Origin: Hormoscilla sp.
GTDB taxonomy: Bacteria; Cyanobacteriota; Cyanobacteriia; Cyanobacteriales; Desertifilaceae
DNA length: 46,355 nucleotides
Direction of reading: 5' to 3'
NCBI GenBank assembly: GCA_051439505.1
Contig: JBFRWI010000038.1
Span: 1-46,355, forward strand
The first letter of the stretch is position 1; the number at the start of each line of letters is the position of its first letter. This document shows positions 17,461 through 27,571 of the stretch, piece by piece. The notes under the pieces were generated by a model. The model saw only the letters and a program-made list of their open reading frames with translations. It ran no database searches and was not told where the DNA came from. Made by a program: the position numbers and the translations under genes.

Positions 17461-17644
17461 CTGTACTCCATCTCCAGCTGAATATGATTTGGCGAGATCG
17501 AGAGGTTGTTAGTTGTCAGTTGACCATTCGATCGGGTACTTGTTAAGGAGCAAAAATACTCATTAACTACTCTATCTGCTCACAGATTGACATCCCTGCG
17601 GTTATTGGTATAATATAACAGATATTAAATATTTACCCAAGAAG

Positions 17645-18751
17645 ATGCTTGATTATTTTCAGAAGGTCGCCAATATAGAGGAGATTGAGCGATTGCTCCC
17701 TTACGGCTTGCAGGTAGTTGCGGTTCTCTTGGCTTTGCTGGGACTGCTAACCCTGCCCATATTAATCATCTCGCTGATTCGCCGGCTCCTTAATACCCCC
17801 AACTTGGAAACAGCTAAAAAAATATTTGCTCCTTACAAGTCTTTGCTCTGGGGCATAATGGCGATCGCCCTTGCCGAAGTCGCTTTCGTGATGCTCAAGC
17901 CACCAGAGCAACTAGCAATCATAGAAATTATCTTAAGTTTAACATTGACTGTTACAGTTGGCTGGTTAGCCTCGGGAGTATTTCGGCAGTTTTTCAACGT
18001 TTATGCGATCGATGCTGCTTTCAAAAGTGGGCGCCGAGTAAATAGTGAATTATTGCTCGCCAGTAAATTTATCGCCAATTTTATCATTATCGTCCTGGGG
18101 ATTATCATCTTTGCCGAAACTCACCAGATTAATGTTTTTGGAATAGTAGCTAGCTTAGGAGTAGGAGGAATTGCCGTTGCCTTCGCTGCTCAAAATACAT
18201 TAAGTCAGCTGCTAGGCGGGATTGTAATTTATATCGATCGCCCCTTTGTGGTAGACGACTATATTGGCCTGCCAGATGGCACTTTTGGGCGGGTGGAGTC
18301 CATTGGTTTGCGTTCGACCAAAATTCGGACTTCTGGTAAGGGCACATTAGTGATTGTGCCTAACAGTTCCCTGACAGAGGTGAGCATCGAGAACTTCACC
18401 GGAGCGAAAAAAGTCATGTCTCTCCTGTACTTAACTTTCTATCGGACAGTGGCCCCAGAAGAACAGGCATTAATCCGCGAAGTGATTTTAGAAAGTACCA
18501 GAGATATCTTTGGCATTGATACTGGTAGTACCAATGTGACATTTAGAAGTTTACAAGGCATGGCGGAACCGGAAAAAACTCAAGCACAGATTACCTTCTT
18601 TATCTTGGGTTCCGGTGAAGTGTCGATGGAACTGCGTCGCCAACTGCTGAATATTGCGAGCCAAAATATTACCATGAAGCTTAAGGAATATGGCATTAGC
18701 TTCGACATCGAACAGCCCAGTATCTACGTAGATTCACCAATTGCGATCTAA
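17645..18751 (+). CDS. Mechanosensitive channel, MscS family
   Basis: ASLGVGGIAVAFAAQNTL...DRPFVVDDYI...GRVESIGLRSTKIR. Confidence 0.92.
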   Translation: MLDYFQKVANIEEIERLLPYGLQVVAVLLALLGLLTLPILIISLIRRLLNTPNLETAKKIFAPYKSLLWGIMAIALAEVAFVMLKPPEQLAIIEIILSLTLTVTVGWLASGVFRQFFNVYAIDAAFKSGRRVNSELLLASKFIANFIIIVLGIIIFAETHQINVFGIVASLGVGGIAVAFAAQNTLSQLLGGIVIYIDRPFVVDDYIGLPDGTFGRVESIGLRSTKIRTSGKGTLVIVPNSSLTEVSIENFTGAKKVMSLLYLTFYRTVAPEEQALIREVILESTRDIFGIDTGSTNVTFRSLQGMAEPEKTQAQITFFILGSGEVSMELRRQLLNIASQNITMKLKEYGISFDIEQPSIYVDSPIAI

Positions 18752-18752
18752 C

Positions 18753-19859
18753 ATGAATAGTGCAGTAAATACAATCTCTCAAGTCTCTCAGTGGTTGGAG
18801 AATTCCCAGATTCCTAACTATATCATCTTCGTGCTGTTTGTTTTATTGTCAATCGCGATCGGGCGATATACGCCGAGGATTATCAGCATCATTGTCCATC
18901 GGTTTGCCCCCCGACAGCGACAGATAATTTATGACAATTTTATTGCTCCGATTCAACAACCATTCAAGAAAGCTGGCACATTGCTGTTAATCTCCTCATC
19001 TCTAGTCTGGCTAGAAGATTATCCCTGGTTATATAACTTTCTTAAGTTTTTTATCCATTTAGGAGTCACAATCAGTTTAGCCTGGTTAGCCTCCCGTTTA
19101 TTTCGGCAAGTGGTGCAAATTTATGGAATTAATTTGATCCGCAAGTCAGGTCTAGAAGTTGATGAAATGCTGTTGGTTTTTCAGACGATCGCTAATGTCG
19201 CGATCGGGTTAATTGCGGCTCTGGCTTTTGCTCGCGGCCAAGGAATTCCCTTAACAGGATTATTAGCCAGTTTCGGAATTGGCGGTCTCGCCATCAGTTT
19301 TGCGGCATCGAAAACCTTAGAGCAGCTATTGGGAACAGTTGTGCTATATTTAGATCGTCCTTTCGTTCCTGGGGAATATATTCGTCTGCCGGATAAATTA
19401 TATGGTCGAGTTGAGTCTATTGGCTTGCGTTCCACGAAGATTCGCGCTGCGGCCAAAGGCACCCTATTTATTATCCCTAACTCGATCTTAGCGAATTTGC
19501 AAATTGAAAATATCACTCGGGGCAAAAAGGTAATGGTTTTATTGTATCTAGACTTTACTAAAAAGCTAGAAGAACGAGATCATGCCTTGGTGCAGCAGGT
19601 GGTCAAGGAGAGTACAAACTCGTTGTTTGGGATCGATCCGGGCAGTACGAATATTGCCTTAATCGATAACTCAAGCAATCAGAATACTAAAGCTCGGGTC
19701 ACCTTTTTTATCTTAGGTTCCAACGAGAACTCCATACAGCTGCGCAAACGTTTGTTGGAGTCGGCCAATGAAAAAATGTCTCAAAAGCTGAAAGGCTTTG
19801 GGATTGAGTTTATCATGCAAGAACCAAATATTTATGTTGAGTCTCCTGTGACTCTCTGA
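18753..19859 (+). CDS. Mechanosensitive channel, MscS family (tandem paralog)
   Basis: ASFGIGGLAISFAA...DRPFVPGEYI...GRVESIGLRSTKIR. Confidence 0.92.
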   Translation: MNSAVNTISQVSQWLENSQIPNYIIFVLFVLLSIAIGRYTPRIISIIVHRFAPRQRQIIYDNFIAPIQQPFKKAGTLLLISSSLVWLEDYPWLYNFLKFFIHLGVTISLAWLASRLFRQVVQIYGINLIRKSGLEVDEMLLVFQTIANVAIGLIAALAFARGQGIPLTGLLASFGIGGLAISFAASKTLEQLLGTVVLYLDRPFVPGEYIRLPDKLYGRVESIGLRSTKIRAAAKGTLFIIPNSILANLQIENITRGKKVMVLLYLDFTKKLEERDHALVQQVVKESTNSLFGIDPGSTNIALIDNSSNQNTKARVTFFILGSNENSIQLRKRLLESANEKMSQKLKGFGIEFIMQEPNIYVESPVTL

Positions 19860-19874
19860 AAAGGCTGGCTGATT

Positions 19875-20336
19875 TCAGAGGGAAAAATTTTCATCGTCAG
19901 AGTCCATTTGGACATCCCAACTAGCTGCCAGAACTTCCGCCATCATGGCCTCGATCGCCGCCGCGTCTAGTCGATCGCTGGTGGGTCTATTTAGCGGGTT
20001 ATACAGAGGAATTAACCGCAGTTTCCGATCTGACTGCACTAGATCGAAATAGGACTCACCCGATGCTGCTTGTTGCAATTCTAGATAATCAAAACTGTCC
20101 AGGTTGAGATAAATTGTGCAATTAGCTATTAAGGTGGAGCGATGGGGGTCGCTAAATACTTCTTTGAGATATCCAACTCCCTCGCTTTGCGGCTTGTCTT
20201 CGGTAAAATAAATGTAGCGCACGCGGCTCAAATCACTCAGCAATCTCTGGATGTCTTGCTGATTTACGAGGATGCCATTGTTAACGATGCAGGGAGCAGG
20301 TAGTCTTTTATTTTGAGGTGCTTGACGGTAATCCAT
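19875..20336 (-). CDS. Conserved cyanobacterial hypothetical protein
   Basis: 153-aa ATG ORF with AGAGG RBS; LPAPCIVNNGILVN... Confidence 0.8.
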   Translation of the reverse strand: MDYRQAPQNKRLPAPCIVNNGILVNQQDIQRLLSDLSRVRYIYFTEDKPQSEGVGYLKEVFSDPHRSTLIANCTIYLNLDSFDYLELQQAASGESYFDLVQSDRKLRLIPLYNPLNRPTSDRLDAAAIEAMMAEVLAASWDVQMDSDDENFSL

Positions 20337-20778
20337 GTTAAAACCTCTAGTTAAATGTAGTTACGGATAGATTTTATTTTCCTAGCCAACTCGGAAAATA
20401 AAAGCAAGCAAGAAGAGTTCAACCCCTGGGGAAGATGAGAGGATTTCCGACTGCGATCGTCTTACTTTTATATTTGCGAATCGCGGCGAATCGAAAATGG
20501 AACAATAACAATTGCTCAATTTCCTTGCTATGAGATTGTTCTTCGCACTTGTCGTCTATGAGACAATTCTATCTCAAATTTTTTGAGGCTACTTGCTGAA
20601 ATATACGGAATTTGCTCTCGGGAAAAACCCGTAGGTGGTTGTCGGCAGCCAGTTGCGCACGGAGTTTACATGTATAAATTCTCTGGCATGGAGACAAAAT
20701 AGCCCATAATCGTGGGGCTGTGTCTCTCATCCATGTCTGGGGAGATAGCAAATATAACTAACATCTGGAGGGTAGATT

Positions 20779-21531
20779 TTGGCAACAAAGCTTATTTCCT
20801 CGATCGCAGCGGCGATCGCCTTCTACACTTGCCTGCCAGTACCGGGTGCTTGGGCGCTGGAATTCCAGGGAGTGGCCAAATTAGCACCGGCGATCGGGCT
20901 ATTAGTTGGTGGCTTACTGGCCATTACCGATGGGCTTTTAGCAATGTTGGGAATGCCTGTCTTGAGTCGTAGCGCCTTGGTGGTGGTGGCCTGGGTGGGA
21001 ATAACGGGAGGACTGCACTTGGATGGGGCGATGGATACGGCAGATGGGTTGGCGGTCACGGATCCCCAACGGCGTCTGGAGGTGATGGCAGATAGTGCCA
21101 CGGGGGCCTTTGGGGCGATCGCCTGCGCCAGCATTCTCCTGTTGAAAACAGCAGCATTAAGAGATCTAGAGACCGATCGCTGGTTAGCATTAATGATGGT
21201 AGCGGGTTGGGGACGCTGGGGACAGATGCTGGCAATTCTGCGCTATCCTTACCTCAAACCTACGGGTAAAGGTGCTTTTCACAAAGAAGCAATTCGTTCG
21301 GTTTGGGATGTGGTGCCGATGTTGGTTTTGCTGCTGTGTTTAACTGGCCTGCAAGTAATAATGGCACCGGAAAAGTCATCGGAGGCAGTGGGAATGGCCC
21401 TGGAAGCAGGGGCGATCGCCTTTCTGGTCGGGGCCTGGTTTAATTATAAATTGGGAGGACATACGGGGGACAGTTATGGTGCCGTTGTGGAGTGGACGGA
21501 AGCTGTGTTATTATGCTTGCTGACAATTTAA
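20779..21531 (+). CDS. cobS: Adenosylcobinamide-GDP ribazoletransferase
   Basis: [39 protein letters not shown]. Confidence 0.95.
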   Translation: MATKLISSIAAAIAFYTCLPVPGAWALEFQGVAKLAPAIGLLVGGLLAITDGLLAMLGMPVLSRSALVVVAWVGITGGLHLDGAMDTADGLAVTDPQRRLEVMADSATGAFGAIACASILLLKTAALRDLETDRWLALMMVAGWGRWGQMLAILRYPYLKPTGKGAFHKEAIRSVWDVVPMLVLLLCLTGLQVIMAPEKSSEAVGMALEAGAIAFLVGAWFNYKLGGHTGDSYGAVVEWTEAVLLCLLTI

Positions 21532-21554
21532 GGAAGTTGGAGACCCATTATCCC

Positions 21555-21806
21555 ATGAGTGAAATTACTATGACCTTACCAGAAGAGGTATTATCGGCAC
21601 TGCAACTGACACCCAAACAGCTAGGAGAGGAAATGCGCCTTGCCTCTGCTGTTAAACTCTATGAATTAGGGAAAATATCTGACGGAGTAGCTGCTAATAT
21701 GGCAGGAATTCCCCGTGTCGTCTTTTTGAGTAAGTTAGCAGATTATGGCGTTGATACCTTTAGGCTAACTGAGGCAGAACTGTTAGAGGATTTAGCAAAT
21801 GCCTAA
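21555..21806 (+). CDS. UPF0175 family antitoxin-like protein
   Basis: EMRLASAVKLYELGKISDGVAANMAGIPRVVFL; overlaps the PIN gene start. Confidence 0.85.
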   Translation: MSEITMTLPEEVLSALQLTPKQLGEEMRLASAVKLYELGKISDGVAANMAGIPRVVFLSKLADYGVDTFRLTEAELLEDLANA

Positions 21807-22284
21807 AATTATTGCGGATACTTCATGTATCCAATACCTGTATCAAACGGATTTGCTCTCATTGCTCCCTATATTGTATAACGAAATCATCCTGCCACAA
21901 GCGGTAGTTGATGAGCTAGCTATAGGTATAGCTTCAGCTGTATCACTTCCCAATATCGCCTCTATATCTTGGATAGCAGTTCGCCAAGCAATCGATCGAG
22001 AGATATTACCACAAGTTACTGAACTCGGTTCCGGGGAAAAAGAGGCGATCGCCCTAGCCTTAGAAATCCCCGATTCTCTTGTTATACTAGATGATGCCCT
22101 TGGTAGGCGCTGCGCAGGTCAACTGGGTGTTAAGTTTACAGGGACTTTGGGAGTTTTATTGAAGGCAAAGCAAGCTGGACACTTGAGTGCTGTAGCACCG
22201 ATACTCGACCAACTTGATGCGCTTCGCTTCCGACTGGATGCATCTACTCGCGCTACTGTACTGAAGCTAGCGGCAGAACTCTAG
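21799..22284 (+). CDS. PIN-domain protein (DUF3368 / VapC-like)
   Basis: IIADTS, LGSGEKEAIALA, VILDD, TGTLGVLLKAK. Confidence 0.88.
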   Translation: MPKIIADTSCIQYLYQTDLLSLLPILYNEIILPQAVVDELAIGIASAVSLPNIASISWIAVRQAIDREILPQVTELGSGEKEAIALALEIPDSLVILDDALGRRCAGQLGVKFTGTLGVLLKAKQAGHLSAVAPILDQLDALRFRLDASTRATVLKLAAEL

Positions 22285-22302
22285 TCAGTAATGAGTGAGT
22301 CC

Positions 22303-22429
22303 GGGCGATCGCCTTTCTGGTCGGGGCCTGGTTTAATTATAAATTGGGGGGACATACCGGGGACAGTTATGGTGCCGTTGTAGAGTGGACGGAAGCTGTG
22401 TTATTATGCTTGCTGACAATTTAAGGAAG
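22303..22429 (+). repeat. Direct repeat of the cobS 3' end (21410-21536)
   Basis: 127 bp with 3 mismatches; both copies start at GGGCGATCGCC (HIP1). Confidence 0.97.
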
Positions 22430-22440
22430 AACAAGGAGGA

Positions 22441-23151
22441 GTGATGATAACGCCAGAGTTTGCCCGCGCCCAAGCAATAGATTTTTTAACTCGGCAAGGA
22501 CTCGATCGGGCTTTTGTAGAAAATTCCTCGATTACAATTGAAGATGCCCAAGAGATCTTTAACATAGTAGAGGCAGAAAATCCCCGCAAAATTCTGGAAA
22601 TTGGCACGTTTGTGGGAGTTTCCTCAGCGGTATTGGGACTCGGCGCCCCGCAAGCAGAAATTGTTTGCATTGATGCCGATCTGCCCGCGATCGCCCAAAA
22701 CCTGCTTTGTTTGCGACAATTCGATGATGTCCGCGATCGGCGCACTAATCTCGATTTTGTGTCCCAGGTGGTAGAACATTTCGGAATGGCCAAAAGATTT
22801 ACCCTAAAGAGTGGTTTCTTCTCTTGCTGCTTTCCTGAAGATGAAGACCGCAACAAACTCTCTGTTGGCGAGATTGAACTCACTGGGTCAATTATCGGTC
22901 AAGAGATTTGCGAACAGTTCGGTCCCTTTGACATGGCTTTTCTTGATGCAGATCACAGAAAAGCTGCTGTATTTAGCGACCTGACAGTTCTCTATCCACA
23001 TGTCAAACCCGGGGGGGCGATCGTCCTTGACGATGCCGGGGAAGACTTTTGGGGACAGCAAGTGAAAGCAGCGATGCGAGAGTTTTTAGAATTACATCCG
23101 GAGATCCCATTTGAGGTCCGAGGCGATATTGGTATTATTCGCCGTTCCTAG
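22441..23151 (+). CDS. Class I SAM-dependent methyltransferase (Methyltransf_24-like)
   Basis: ILEIGTFVGVSS, FDMAFLDADH, VKPGGAIVLDD; RBS AGGAGGA. Confidence 0.85.
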   Translation: MMITPEFARAQAIDFLTRQGLDRAFVENSSITIEDAQEIFNIVEAENPRKILEIGTFVGVSSAVLGLGAPQAEIVCIDADLPAIAQNLLCLRQFDDVRDRRTNLDFVSQVVEHFGMAKRFTLKSGFFSCCFPEDEDRNKLSVGEIELTGSIIGQEICEQFGPFDMAFLDADHRKAAVFSDLTVLYPHVKPGGAIVLDDAGEDFWGQQVKAAMREFLELHPEIPFEVRGDIGIIRRS

Positions 23152-23281
23152 TTGTCTTTATAGCGTTTCTCAAATTGAGATCGATAATTGTAGGTTGGGT
23201 TTCCGCACGAAACCCAACAACCCCAACAACAGTTTCGCTGCCGCATCTAGACAATGCCCTCTGGGTGGGTTAAAATTTCAA

Positions 23282-24229
23282 TTATCGTAGATGTTTTTCG
23301 ATAAACTGCTCCATTGCTTGTATCATGTCGTCAAAAAAGATATTTTTTCCTTCTTGAGGTTCGCCCGTGGGGGAATAAACGTTTTCGGCCAGCACGACGC
23401 TAGCATGGGGAACGTTGAACTTTTCCTTCATTCTAAAGAGTTCGGTTTTGGCTTCGCTTTGAGCATGGTTCCGGAGCAAGAGTTCAATTTCGGCAATGCT
23501 GGCAGCTTTATCACTTTCAGAATGGGCAGCAAAAACTGGCCGATCGATATCGCTATATTTGGGTTTATGATGGCGATCGTAATACTTCTCGATTTCCTTA
23601 ATACAGTTAGAGAGTTGAACGTTGCCATTCATGGGAATCCAGGAATATCGATAGGGATTGCGATCGTTGTTGACCAGCGGTCCTCTTTCAGATTCTTGGA
23701 CATTTTCCGCAGTTTCCAGTACCCAAGAAACCATGAAGAACTTATCGGCGCGGAGGAGATTTTCTATCAGATCGCCAATATCGAGGGCAGCGGAAAATAA
23801 AAAGAGTCCTCCGGTTATCTCCTGGGGAGCAACAATGGTATGATAGGTGCCGAGCAGTCCGCCATTGGATAGGCCGCCAATAGAGACTTTCTGGCCCAGG
23901 TCTCGGGCGCAAGCGACAGCAAAGGCAACTTCATCAAACCAATCCTTAACATCCAGGCTATCCATTTTTTTCTCGGCCTCTTCAGATGAGTTGATGCCAT
24001 GTCCGGGCATCAAAGGCATCAGCACGTTAAACCCCAGTTCGTAGAATTTGTTGGCGATCGCCTGCATAAAATAAGGAGAGTCGCTTAAGCCATGTAGTAA
24101 AACTACCGCATTTTCTACAGTAGATTCGATATCCTGTACCATAAATCTCGGTTCGTTGCCCGGGCGAAGCGTTCCCGAATCCATCAGGGGTTGGTAGTGT
24201 TCGTGCCATTTTTTCAGACCTGGATTCAT
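23282..24229 (-). CDS. Alpha/beta hydrolase (esterase-like)
   Basis: LLHGLSDSP oxyanion region, GLSNG nucleophile elbow, HSESD and PH motifs. Start could be 24259. Confidence 0.85.
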   Translation of the reverse strand: MNPGLKKWHEHYQPLMDSGTLRPGNEPRFMVQDIESTVENAVVLLHGLSDSPYFMQAIANKFYELGFNVLMPLMPGHGINSSEEAEKKMDSLDVKDWFDEVAFAVACARDLGQKVSIGGLSNGGLLGTYHTIVAPQEITGGLFLFSAALDIGDLIENLLRADKFFMVSWVLETAENVQESERGPLVNNDRNPYRYSWIPMNGNVQLSNCIKEIEKYYDRHHKPKYSDIDRPVFAAHSESDKAASIAEIELLLRNHAQSEAKTELFRMKEKFNVPHASVVLAENVYSPTGEPQEGKNIFFDDMIQAMEQFIEKHLR

Positions 24230-24426
24230 AATATCAGCTCCTTGTATGCTTTTCGACATGTTGAGTAGTGGCTGCGATCGCTTTGGCCGTGCCGCAGGGT
24301 GCGAGATACATGTATATAGCCCGCGCCGGCGGGCGAAGGTTCATGTAGCCGGGCCCTTTAGGGTACCGTTCCGGAAAAATATGGCAGGGGGGAGGCCGAG
24401 TACCAACTGGTGCAGGACCACACACC

Positions 24427-24636
24427 GGTTTCAGACCCCAGCCGAGAGGTTTCAAACCGCAACGGAGAGGTTTCAGACCTCAGCCGAGAGGGTTCAAACC
24501 TCAGCGGAGAGGTTTCAAACCTCAGCGGAGAGGTTTCACACCTCAACGGAGAGGTTTCAGACCCCAGCCGAGAGGTTTCAAACCTCAGCCGAGAGGTTTC
24601 AAACCCCAACGGAGAGGTTTCAAACCCCAACGGAGA
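24427..24636. repeat. 21-bp tandem repeat, 10 units (GGTTTCAAACCTCAGCGGAGA-like)
   Basis: Contiguous units without spacers. Confidence 0.92.
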
Positions 24637-24926
24637 ACTCCGAACTCACTTGGGGCACCGGTTAGATTGGGTGCGATCACTGGTAGTCGATCGCCGGGTA
24701 CATCTGGTGATGCATGTAATATAGCCCGCCCTACCGTTGGTGGAAAAATCGGCTCACACTCAGGGGCCACGCAGGTGGTCGGGTGAGCTTGGTCGGGTGA
24801 GCATTAGCCAATAAATAGCGTACACTAGCGTTGTAGCTGCTATTCCCGGAAGGGTTTCGATGATATCATCGGACAAGTTCAGTCCAAATCGCCAAATTAA
24901 GTTCATCGAGATCGCGACTACCATCG

Positions 24927-24980
24927 CTATACCACAGACCCCAAAGTCCTCAAACCCGGTAGCCCTCGCCCCGCCCAGGA
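24927..24980 (+). pseudogene. Degenerate copy of the bciB 5' end, part A
   Basis: CTATACCACAGAC equals 27582-27594; 24941-24980 matches 27612-27651 at 35/40, with an internal deletion between the two blocks. Confidence 0.85.
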
Positions 24981-25066
24981 TCGGGTCAGAAACCGGGTTT
25001 CTATGGAAATGGCTGCAAATTGCCCCTAAATTGATCTAAGAAACCCGGTTTCTTGTCTGTGCCCAT

Positions 25067-25675
25067 CTATGCTTGGAGTTGGGCGATCGCCGTTTTGGCT
25101 GCCTGTCGGACATGAGAGTGAGAGTCTGCCATTACTGGACGTAAATAAGGAATGGCTGCAACTACACCCAACTCTCCTAGTTCATCTGCTGCATTTTCTC
25201 GGACAATAAAATTAGAGCTTTTGAGTGCTGCTATCAGTAAGGGAAACCCTCGATCTGGATGCAGGCGTGCCATATAGCGGAGAACGCTACCTCTGACATA
25301 GGGAGATGGATGTTCTTTCAAGACTAACACGCGATCGACCGCGTTTTTTTCACCCAGTCTGCATAGACCATCAACCGCTTCCGCAACAACCATCGATCGG
25401 TCATCTTCAAGATAGTCAAGGAGTAAATCACTCAATGCTGGAACGGACTGTGGAGGTTGGGTGAGGGCCAAAAGAATACCTGCCAACCTAGCTGGATCTG
25501 CATCTTGCATTTGACTCTGCAAAAACCTAATACCTGCCTCGCCCTTTTCTCGGATCGTAAGAGCCACTTCGCTATAGTATAAAAATGGATCTTCTTCTCC
25601 TGCGATCGGCAAGTTTTGAAAGTGAGCGATTAGTTTTTCAAGGCCTAGCTGGTCAAGTTCAGGATAAAAGCTCAT
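25067..25675 (-). CDS. HEAT-repeat protein
   Basis: Repeats such as LEDDRSMVVAEAVDGLCRLG, LKSSNFIVRENAADELGELG; RBS GGAGG before ATG 25675. Confidence 0.88.
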   Translation of the reverse strand: MSFYPELDQLGLEKLIAHFQNLPIAGEEDPFLYYSEVALTIREKGEAGIRFLQSQMQDADPARLAGILLALTQPPQSVPALSDLLLDYLEDDRSMVVAEAVDGLCRLGEKNAVDRVLVLKEHPSPYVRGSVLRYMARLHPDRGFPLLIAALKSSNFIVRENAADELGELGVVAAIPYLRPVMADSHSHVRQAAKTAIAQLQA

Positions 25676-25701
25676 ACTGTTCCTCCGGAAAAATAATGAT
25701 T

Positions 25702-25992
25702 TTACATCTCGCACCACTCACGGATCTCACTCAAGGTCATATGGTCAAAAATTCCGATAGGGAACTCAGAACGGAGAATGCCAGGAAGGTGATTGATTGT
25801 AATCATCCCAGCCTCCCGCAAACGGTTTAATTCAGCAATACGTCTAGTTCCGATCTGTTTGCGAAATTTCTGGGCTAGACGCTCGTATTGAGTCAGAATT
25901 TTGATGGCTTTTTGACAGTCTTTGCGCGATGGCCGTTCACTTTCATCACCGCTCTGACTCTCAGAACCATCGGAAGTATACTTAGAAGACAT
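25702..25992 (-). CDS. Small hypothetical protein, possible orphan toxin tip
   Basis: 96 aa from ATG 25992, basic middle, ends ILRSEFPIGIFDHMTLSEIRE; 26 bp upstream of the HEAT gene. Confidence 0.6.
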   Translation of the reverse strand: MSSKYTSDGSESQSGDESERPSRKDCQKAIKILTQYERLAQKFRKQIGTRRIAELNRLREAGMITINHLPGILRSEFPIGIFDHMTLSEIREWCEM

Positions 25993-26109
25993 GTAAATTG
26001 AATAATTTCGGCATCTCTGACCTAGTTTGATATAATCATAGCATAGGTTGACTCCGATAACCAAGAAAAATAGACAAAGATAAAATTTAGACGCGACGAC
26101 CAGCGCGAT

Positions 26110-26161
26110 AGATCGCCCCACTGGAAACCAAAACCCACCGGCGATCGCGCGCTCGGGACAA
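26110..26161 (+). pseudogene. Degenerate copy of the bciB 5' region, part B
   Basis: Matches 27729-27780 at 47/52 and contains HIP1. Confidence 0.9.
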
Positions 26162-26339
26162 CTTGTAAGTTATTATAAAGATATGTAAACAGCTTGCAGT
26201 TTTCCTTGCTGTCTGCTAATAATGGAAAAGAAAGCTTTCTCATCCTGCTGGACTGCTAGGCTGGACAACATCCAAGGTAGATATCTCTCCCCGGCTCGTC
26301 ACTCTGTCCCTACTGGAGAGAGAGGCGGACGCTATCGAA

Positions 26340-26390
26340 GGCGCAGTTGTAGAGTGGACAAAAGCGGTGCCATGATACTTGTTAACAGTT
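26340..26390 (+). pseudogene. Third, eroded copy of the cobS 3' end
   Basis: GAVVEWTKAVP*YLLTV versus cob[18 protein letters not shown]; 39/51 identical to the copy in 22303-22429. Confidence 0.75.
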
Positions 26391-26414
26391 CGTTTGAAAG
26401 GAAAAAAGATAATC

Positions 26415-27161
26415 ATGTCAGCCTTAAATTACAGATTTGTAACAACCGATCTAAACCCCGAACTCAAAAATAAAATCGAAAGGCTGCATCAAAATACATG
26501 GCCTTTGTTTTTATTAGGAACTCAAGTTAATATCGACTATTCGCAACTAGATGACCTATTTGGTGATTATCAATTTGCTTTCATCGATCGAGCCAGTAAT
26601 ATTATTGCGATAGGTAATAGTATTCCGTTATATTGGACGGGAAATTTATCTGATTTGCCGAAGGGGTGGGATGATGCAGTGTTCAAAGGTTTTAAGGAAC
26701 AGGAGAATGGAACTCCTGGGAATACATTGTGCAGTCTAGCTGCAATTGTCAATCCCAAGATGAGAGGTAGGGGTATAAGTTATGAAGTGATAAAAAATAT
26801 GTGCAGCTTAGCTAAGGCTAAAAAGATGAAATACATGATAGTTCCGGTTAGACCAACAATGAAAGAACAATATCAAAATATGGATTTCCAAGAGTATGTT
26901 AATAAAAAAAGAGAAGATGGTTTAGCTTTCGACCCCTGGATCCGAGTGCATCAAAAACTTGGTGGTAAAATCATTGGTTATGCTTATAAATCTCAATTAA
27001 TTCAAGGTACAATCAAGCAATGGGAGGGCTGGACAAAGCAAACCTTTCCAACTAGCGGGGAATATATTGTTAAAGGTGGGATGCAGCCAGTTCATATAGA
27101 TTTGGAAAAAGATCTGGGAACTTATTACGATCTTGCTGTTTGGTTTGAACATAAACTATAA
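26415..27161 (+). CDS. GNAT-fold acetyltransferase-like protein
   Basis: AAIVNPKMRGRGIS acetyl-CoA motif, PVRP, DPWIRVHQKLGG; visibly AT-rich, no GCGATCGC seen. Confidence 0.8.
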   Translation: MSALNYRFVTTDLNPELKNKIERLHQNTWPLFLLGTQVNIDYSQLDDLFGDYQFAFIDRASNIIAIGNSIPLYWTGNLSDLPKGWDDAVFKGFKEQENGTPGNTLCSLAAIVNPKMRGRGISYEVIKNMCSLAKAKKMKYMIVPVRPTMKEQYQNMDFQEYVNKKREDGLAFDPWIRVHQKLGGKIIGYAYKSQLIQGTIKQWEGWTKQTFPTSGEYIVKGGMQPVHIDLEKDLGTYYDLAVWFEHKL

Positions 27162-27189
27162 AACAGCGCTACAGCTCATACTGTTACAG

Positions 27190-27305
27190 GGGTGTGGTCA
27201 AAAGTAGTTGATAGCTAGCCCGCGCAGGCGGGCTTTGTACCTGTAGCCGGGCCCTTTAGGGTTCGGGCGGGGTCCGCCTCCTACCAACTGGTTTTGACCA
27301 CACCC
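27190..27305. mobile_element. MITE (GGGTGTGGTCAAAA family)
   Basis: Perfect TIRs; flanks CTGTTACAG / CTGTTACTT. A degenerate relative lies at about 24316-24426. Confidence 0.85.
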
Positions 27306-27571
27306 CTGTTACTTCGGGAAATAATCAAGTCGGCAAAAACCAGATAAATTATGCTAAACAATCAAAAAATTGTCTAGCTTACAAAGGACATATTTATAGG
27401 ATTAGGCGGGATAATAAATATGTAAAACTCCCCAATAATTGAGAAAAATATTTATTAGTCGGTTTCAACCGACTTTAGCTATTAGCCGGGGGTTTGAACC
27501 CCCGGCGGGCGGCGCAGCTCGATCGCTTATGATGTATAGTTAAGAAAGCGGATCTCAGTATAACAGAAAGA

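Noticed and set aside
20340..20778. Cobalamin riboswitch upstream of cobS
   Set aside because: A hairpin exists near 20680-20745 but no B12-box or GCCACTG core motifs were found.
24427..24636. CRISPR array (GTTTCAAAC-like repeats)
   Set aside because: Units are contiguous 21-mers with no unique spacers, and there are no cas genes in the window.
26312..26346. Glycine riboswitch-like GGAGAGA...CGAAGGCGCA
   Set aside because: The downstream CTCTCAGG element is missing, and the 3' part is explained by the eroded cobS copy.
21410..27571. Classical integron or integrase-driven island
   Set aside because: No tyrosine or serine recombinase and no recognisable attC sites; the repeats are fragments of core genes.
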